This document shows, piece after piece, positions 18,811 through 24,000 of a DNA stretch of 24,000 bases. The DNA comes from Promethearchaeia archaeon. GTDB taxonomy: Archaea; Asgardarchaeota; Lokiarchaeia; Sigyniarchaeales; SOKP01. Position 1 is the first letter of the stretch; every line of letters starts with the position of its first letter. The stretch spans positions 1 to 24,000 of the forward strand of contig JAWOFX010000172.1 in the NCBI GenBank assembly GCA_046497275.1. Direction: 5' to 3'. The translations under genes and the position numbers were made by a program. The notes beneath the pieces are model-generated. The model did no database searches. It was not told the origin of the DNA and saw only the letters and a program-made list of their open reading frames with translations.

Positions 18811-18979
18811 AGTTAATTGAATATTTCTCCTTTATTTGATAATTTCTAATATTCTTGATTATATATCATAAGGTATACAAAAATTTATATATTCATATTT
18901 TTTTATTAAGATTATATAAGATCTTGTATATGTTTTGGTATATCTTCTCGTATAGCAAAAAATAAAGTAGTTAAAGAAA

Positions 18980-20929
18980 ATGAATAGAAATAAAATGAAT
19001 AACTATTATGAAAAGGATAAGTTTAAAAACCCAAATACAGAAATTAGGAATGTCTTGTTGATTGATAGCTTTCTTCCAGAAGAAATTGAATTTATAAGAA
19101 ATAAATCAATTAATATTGATAATTTAAAAAGTAAATGGTCATGGTTATATGAAAATCCCTCTTATGCGGAAGATTTTTTTATTTTTGTTGTTTTACCTTA
19201 TTTTATTGCCAAACCTCAATTAAATAATTGGGAACTAAAAAAACTATGTCTAAGTCCGTTTAAGTATGCTTTAAAATCGTATAGAGATAAGTTTGATTCA
19301 AATTTTTATACTTTTGGTCAATTAAAAAGAAAGTATGGGAACTTTAACTTTTCAGATCTTTGTAGGCTAATAGGAGAAGATAAAGCAAAACAAAAAGTGA
19401 ACCATGCTAAAAAAAGAATAAAAGATATTTTAGGAAGTGATAGTCCCAAAATAAAAAAAATTAGAGTTTATCTAAGAGAATTGGATTGGGATAAAGATAT
19501 TGATTGGACAATATTTAAATTTATAAATAAGAACAGAACTGATATGATTATTCTGGAGCCAAAAAATACATGTAGCGAAGAGAATCCATTATACATGCAT
19601 AAGGAATGGTTAACTCGTATATATAGGGATGAGAATTTACATCTTAATGATCCTCAAATTGCCCAGATTTGCGGTGTAAATCATTCAGCTATTTATAAAT
19701 GGAGGAAGAGATTTGGAATCCAAACTAAGCCAGACGTTCAAATTAAGGAATTAAAAAGAAAAAATAGTGCTGGTTATGTTGAAAAATTTATGCCAATGGA
19801 GTACAATCATCCTAATATTAATAAAAAATATGGAGAAAGACAAAAAAGAAGAGAACATGTTGCCATTATGGAAAATTTTTTATCGAATATTTCTCAATCT
19901 GAGAGTTATATAAGATTCGGTTTATATCCAGATGAGATAAAGGAAAAGTACCTGCTTTCTGATCGCTATCTTAAGAAGGAATGCGTCGTACATCATATAA
20001 ATTTTATAAAATCTGATAATCGAATAAATAATTTATGGCCTTATGAAAATAATCAAAAGCATAATGAACTTATAGATAATCTGAATAAATGTTTTTCATT
20101 TCTAATAAAAGTAGGACAAATCTTTTTTGAAAATGGAAAATATTATCTTAATGAAAGATGTGATTATAGGAAAATCCCAAAAGAGAAATTAAAGGAATTA
20201 TTAAAATCTCATTATAAGCCAAATCCGTATAAAAATCTTAAGGATGTCAAAAACGCATTAATTGATAAAAACATAATAAATTGGGATGAAATTCTCGCTG
20301 ATCTTCAAGATTGGCGGATTGAGTATAAAGTCAATCAATATAAAAGTTTTATTATTGAACTTAATCCTTACAATTATCCTTCTGAAAATAATCCCTTATA
20401 TATGAAAAAAGAATGGTTAGAAACCGTTTACAACGACGAAAGATTCAATTTATCTGATTCTAGATTAGCGAAAATCTGCGGTGTCCCAAAAACTCGGATT
20501 ACAGATTGGAGAGGGAACTTTGGTATTGAAGGAGGATGGAAACGATGGCTCAGAATTATAAATGAGGGTTTCGTGTGGATTCTTGTGCCCGTGAATTATA
20601 ATCCTAATGCTTACAAAAGAGACGGAAGAATGTTAGAACATAGATATCTAATTGAGAGATATTTATCTAGATGTTGTAGTGAAGAAATAAAAAGTAAATA
20701 TTTAGAGGATGGAAAATATTTAAAAAATGGTATTATTGTCCACCATATTAATTTTGACACACTAGATAATCGATTAAAAAATTTATGGATTTTTAAATCG
20801 AGAAGTGATCATTTAAGTTGTCATCATTCACTATATAAATTGATAGATAAACTTTTAAAAAAAAATTTCTTAATTTTCAGAAAAGGGAGATATCTTATTA
20901 ATTATCGTAAAAAAAAATACCATAAATGA
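18980..20929 (+). CDS. Large free-standing HNH endonuclease-like protein with tandemly duplicated HTH+HNH modules
   Basis: HTH-like 'NDPQIAQICGVNHSAIYKWRKRFGI' and 'SDSRLAKICGVPKTRITDWRGNFGI'; HNH-like 'CVVHHINFIKSDNRINNLWPYENNQKH' and 'IIVHHINFDTLDNRLKNLWIFKSRSDH'. Confidence 0.82.
   Translation: MNRNKMNNYYEKDKFKNPNTEIRNVLLIDSFLPEEIEFIRNKSINIDNLKSKWSWLYENPSYAEDFFIFVVLPYFIAKPQLNNWELKKLCLSPFKYALKSYRDKFDSNFYTFGQLKRKYGNFNFSDLCRLIGEDKAKQKVNHAKKRIKDILGSDSPKIKKIRVYLRELDWDKDIDWTIFKFINKNRTDMIILEPKNTCSEENPLYMHKEWLTRIYRDENLHLNDPQIAQICGVNHSAIYKWRKRFGIQTKPDVQIKELKRKNSAGYVEKFMPMEYNHPNINKKYGERQKRREHVAIMENFLSNISQSESYIRFGLYPDEIKEKYLLSDRYLKKECVVHHINFIKSDNRINNLWPYENNQKHNELIDNLNKCFSFLIKVGQIFFENGKYYLNERCDYRKIPKEKLKELLKSHYKPNPYKNLKDVKNALIDKNIINWDEILADLQDWRIEYKVNQYKSFIIELNPYNYPSENNPLYMKKEWLETVYNDERFNLSDSRLAKICGVPKTRITDWRGNFGIEGGWKRWLRIINEGFVWILVPVNYNPNAYKRDGRMLEHRYLIERYLSRCCSEEIKSKYLEDGKYLKNGIIVHHINFDTLDNRLKNLWIFKSRSDHLSCHHSLYKLIDKLLKKNFLIFRKGRYLINYRKKKYHK
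19580..20152 (+). repeat. Protein-level repeat module 1 (HTH + HNH)
   Basis: Runs from 'ENPLYMHKEWLTRIYRDENLHLND' to 'FFENGKYYLN' within the 18980..20929 ORF. Confidence 0.75.
20384..20902 (+). repeat. Protein-level repeat module 2 (HTH + HNH)
   Basis: Runs from 'ENNPLYMKKEWLETVYNDERFNLSD' to 'IFRKGRYLIN'; co-linear with module 1. Confidence 0.75.
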
Positions 20930-21062
20930 GAAGAAGCTTCATTTATAAAATAACCAATACTAAGCGCGATTTCTTCCCTAAATTATTGATTCAAATAAAA
21001 AATATCATTATACCTACAATGATCTAGGAATTTCTGGAATAAGTAATATTAAATAATGAATT

Positions 21063-21845
21063 TTATTTATTCATAAAAGATATTAATTCAGTGCCTATCT
21101 CTCTCAATTCTTCAATCCATTCATTTAATTGATCCGAATTTACATCTCTTTTACCATGAACTAAGTAATTTCTTATCTGATAAAATTTTAGGATTTTCTC
21201 TGCGAATTCGGAGGATATCTTTTTATTTTCCTCCAGTAAAGGGATTATTTTCAAGATAGTATAAGGTTTATTTATTTTTGGTATTAAACTCTCCGTTAAA
21301 GTAAAATTTCTTAGATTAGTTCGAATTTCATTCCAAATGTCTAAAAATAATTTTATTTGTTCTTCTTTTTCATTCATTTCTATTTCTCCTAATATTTTTT
21401 CATCTTTAATTCCAAATAATTCTTTTATAATATTCTTCGCTAATTCTAAATAGATAGGAACTACCTCCTTTTTTGGTATTATACCTATAGGTTCATGATA
21501 TAGACTATTTCTTAAATTATGGTAAAACTCAATCGCATCAAGATCGCTTTCTGGGATATTTTTAGGAGAATATCTCAACAATACGTCTAATAAAACAGGG
21601 AAAGATCTTTTAGCATTTTTGAACTCTTTTCTATTAATTCCTAAGGACCTTCTATTAATCATCAGATATGTTTTTAACGCAATTTCAATAGCATTATCAA
21701 TACTGATTAAAGCTATTCTTAAATCAAAATCTTCTCCTTTTTTAAAATGATCACTTGCATGTCTTAAAAGTTCCGAAAATCCTTCGATCCAAGTTTCAGA
21801 AGTGATTAAAATCACATTTTTTTGATTTATTTTAATATTAATCAT
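21063..21845 (-). CDS. Tandem HEPN-domain protein, putative RNase/toxin-like
   Basis: Two HEPN-type R-x4-H motifs in helical contexts: 'FYHNLRNSLYHEPIG' and 'FYQIRNYLVHGKRD'. Also 'IALISIDNAIEIALKTYLMI', typical of a HEPN first helix. Confidence 0.72.
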   Translation of the reverse strand: MINIKINQKNVILITSETWIEGFSELLRHASDHFKKGEDFDLRIALISIDNAIEIALKTYLMINRRSLGINRKEFKNAKRSFPVLLDVLLRYSPKNIPESDLDAIEFYHNLRNSLYHEPIGIIPKKEVVPIYLELAKNIIKELFGIKDEKILGEIEMNEKEEQIKLFLDIWNEIRTNLRNFTLTESLIPKINKPYTILKIIPLLEENKKISSEFAEKILKFYQIRNYLVHGKRDVNSDQLNEWIEELREIGTELISFMNK

Positions 21846-21982
21846 TAAATGCTAATTAATTATAAGTTCTATCTTCATCAAAATAAGAAAAGAGGATTTT
21901 TTGTAAATTGATCTAAAGAGCTAATCCTATATAAGGAAATTTTTAATAAAATAGTCTAAACTATGTCTTTTTCTTGAAAAAT

Positions 21983-22747
21983 TCAAATTAAAATATCCTC
22001 TCCAGCCCAATAAAATTTAAATTCTCTAGGTGTTAGTATAGCAATTTTTACATTACCTCCACATTGAGGAAATCTCGCTTGAAATTTTTCAAAACCAATG
22101 ACAGTATTAATAATATATTCAGTGAATTCTACTCCATCTTTTAAGGAAAAAAATTGAAATGATATATCTGACTTGGGTAAACTTTTAGATGGATCAGAAA
22201 TCTTCAATAATTTTGAAATGATCCAAGAACCCTCTCCTGCCCAGCTGAAGCCACAATCCTCATTTTTTAAAATTTTTCTAATTTGCTTCTTTTGAATGAT
22301 CAATTTTTCAGTTTTATCCAATAGAAAAAGAATCTGATACACTTCAGGTATATATCTTTTCTCTCTTAATGAAAATCCCGTTAAGAAGAACCCAAGTCCC
22401 TTTAATCGGGATTTATCATATTTTTTGAAATAATCTATAATTAGATCAGCATAATTTTCAAGCATATTCATATTTTCTGATTCTTTTTCTAAAATCTCTC
22501 TTAAGTTAAAAATATGATTGCTTAAAGGTCGACCACCGGGATTTGCTATTCCAAATTGAGAAACGGCTATCTTTAGATTTGAATTTTCTGTTGACAAATT
22601 AAAAATTTTTTGAGCATTTCTAAAAAAATTTACTGGAATTATTTCCTTTTTTTTATCATTCTTTTTAATTATTTTTGACAGTGTTGTTTGAGTATCAGAA
22701 CCTAATATAAATCCCTCTGGAATACCTAATATTGTAATTATTGTCAT
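21983..22747 (-). CDS. Proteasome-like Ntn-hydrolase family protein
   Basis: 'M-TIITILGIPEGFILGSDTQTTLS' (Thr directly after Met, SDxxxT like the beta-subunit Asp17 region), 'AQKIFNLS' (Lys33-like), 'SWAGEGSWI' (GSG-like), 'CGGNVKIAILTP' (late SGG-x-V-like strand). Confidence 0.65.
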   Translation of the reverse strand: MTIITILGIPEGFILGSDTQTTLSKIIKKNDKKKEIIPVNFFRNAQKIFNLSTENSNLKIAVSQFGIANPGGRPLSNHIFNLREILEKESENMNMLENYADLIIDYFKKYDKSRLKGLGFFLTGFSLREKRYIPEVYQILFLLDKTEKLIIQKKQIRKILKNEDCGFSWAGEGSWIISKLLKISDPSKSLPKSDISFQFFSLKDGVEFTEYIINTVIGFEKFQARFPQCGGNVKIAILTPREFKFYWAGEDILI

Positions 22748-22947
22748 TTTTTTAATTTTTTTTAATTCTGATCATATGAATTTTATTTATACTTCAAAAT
22801 ATATCGATTTAATTTATATTTGCCTAGACAGAGAAGATTTTCTGTGAAAAAAAAAATTGTTCATTAACCTATTTTTTTAGCTTAAAAAATAAATATTTCT
22901 TTAATTTACTTTATTTTATCTTTACAATAAATATTTAATTAGAAAAT

Positions 22948-24000
22948 ATGCTTGATATTTCGAAATATACTAATAGTCCACTTAAATATATCCCAGAGGA
23001 TTATTGTCCTAAGTCAGATATGCATTTTTTTGAAATAAAAAAGGGATTTGATAAAGGAAAGAAATTATTTTATCGTAACTCAAAAATATTGGGAAATAAT
23101 CCTGATAACTGTATCGTATTTGTGCATGGTAATCCTGAATGTTCTTATACATATCGGGATATTATCAAACATATCATTAAAAATACTAAAAAAGCTTGTC
23201 AGATAATATCAATGGATCATATTGGATTTGGACTCTCTGATCAAGCTTCACATGAAATGGTATGCATGGATCACGCAGAAAATCTATTACAACTTATTAG
23301 AAAGCTTGATCTTCAAAATATTACTTTAATAGTGCACGATTGGGGAGGTCCAATTGGAATAGGGGCGTTTCTCCAAGATCCAAAACGGGTATCAAATTTA
23401 GTTATTCTTAATACTACAGTTTTTCCTATTCCTAAAATCGGGATGACGTTTCAAAATTATCCAATCTCTTGGTTGGGTTGGTGTTATACTCCTTATATAA
23501 TTCCAGATAAGTTTTGGGGAGATTTTGCAGCGTATGCAATCTTTACAAATCCACGTAAACCGATATCACTTCTCTCAAACATGATCAAAAATATCATCTT
23601 AATGGAGTTTGGTATATTTCAAAAACCAAATAGAATCGCTCAAAGTGTGTTTAAACAACAATTCCAATCAAAACTTAATGTGAAAAGTTCAAAGAGATTA
23701 GTTATGCAAACAAAAAGATGGGGATATGGAAATATATATAAAGATAAAGTATTGGGAAAAAGATCAACAAAACAATTTTATGAATTCATACAAAATAATA
23801 TAAAATCCTCATGGGGTTCGAATGAATCGACTATCGGAGTTAAAGCAATATTAGGGAGATGGGATCCTCTAGCTCAAAATGAGGTTATTAAACAATGGAT
23901 AGGTCATTTGCCTCAATTAAAAGGAAATGTTCGAATTTTCAAAGATATAGGGCATTTTATAGAAGAGAATAAAAGCGAAGCTATTGCTGAAGAAATTTTG
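22948..24000 (+). CDS. Alpha/beta-hydrolase, haloalkane-dehalogenase-like; runs off the window end
   Basis: Oxyanion-region 'IVFVHGNPECSYTYRDII', nucleophile elbow 'LIVHDWGGPIGIG' (Asp nucleophile), acid 'AILGRWDPLAQ', His 'DIGHFIEE'. Not in the supplied track because it is truncated at 24000. Confidence 0.9.
   Translation, partial: MLDISKYTNSPLKYIPEDYCPKSDMHFFEIKKGFDKGKKLFYRNSKILGNNPDNCIVFVHGNPECSYTYRDIIKHIIKNTKKACQIISMDHIGFGLSDQASHEMVCMDHAENLLQLIRKLDLQNITLIVHDWGGPIGIGAFLQDPKRVSNLVILNTTVFPIPKIGMTFQNYPISWLGWCYTPYIIPDKFWGDFAAYAIFTNPRKPISLLSNMIKNIILMEFGIFQKPNRIAQSVFKQQFQSKLNVKSSKRLVMQTKRWGYGNIYKDKVLGKRSTKQFYEFIQNNIKSSWGSNESTIGVKAILGRWDPLAQNEVIKQWIGHLPQLKGNVRIFKDIGHFIEENKSEAIAEEIL

Noticed and set aside
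18303-18980. Possible CRISPR, retron or structured noncoding RNA in the larger intergenic region of the island
   Set aside because: No regularly spaced repeats and no convincing GC-rich stem seen; better explained by the AbrB-like ORF and AT-rich spacer.

Overview
AT-rich archaeal-type window; gene content and style suggest Asgard/Lokiarchaeia, but that is an inference. It splits into two parts. (A) About 1-14.7 kb is a mostly housekeeping and signalling segment: two related membrane or PAS histidine kinases, a response regulator, dapA-dapB, argG, a tRNA-Pro(TGG), a polyferredoxin, an HTH regulator divergent from a B12-type radical SAM protein, and several small unknown proteins. (B) About 14.77-22.9 kb is an accessory island bracketed by two copies of one alpha/beta-hydrolase (haloalkane-dehalogenase-like) gene. 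The left copy is a pseudogene with a large internal deletion and an in-frame TAG; the right copy is intact up to the window end. Between them are two different amino-DNA methyltransferases, a PD-(D/E)XK-type nuclease, a LAGLIDADG-fold protein with both catalytic acids apparently replaced that overlaps a methyltransferase, a missed AbrB-like small ORF, a large protein with tandemly duplicated HTH+HNH modules, a tandem-HEPN protein, and a proteasome-like Ntn-hydrolase. The best candidates for something undescribed are the methyltransferase/degenerate-LAGLIDADG pair and the HEPN + proteasome-like Ntn-hydrolase pair. No CRISPR array was seen. All family calls come from reading motifs by eye; no searches were run.
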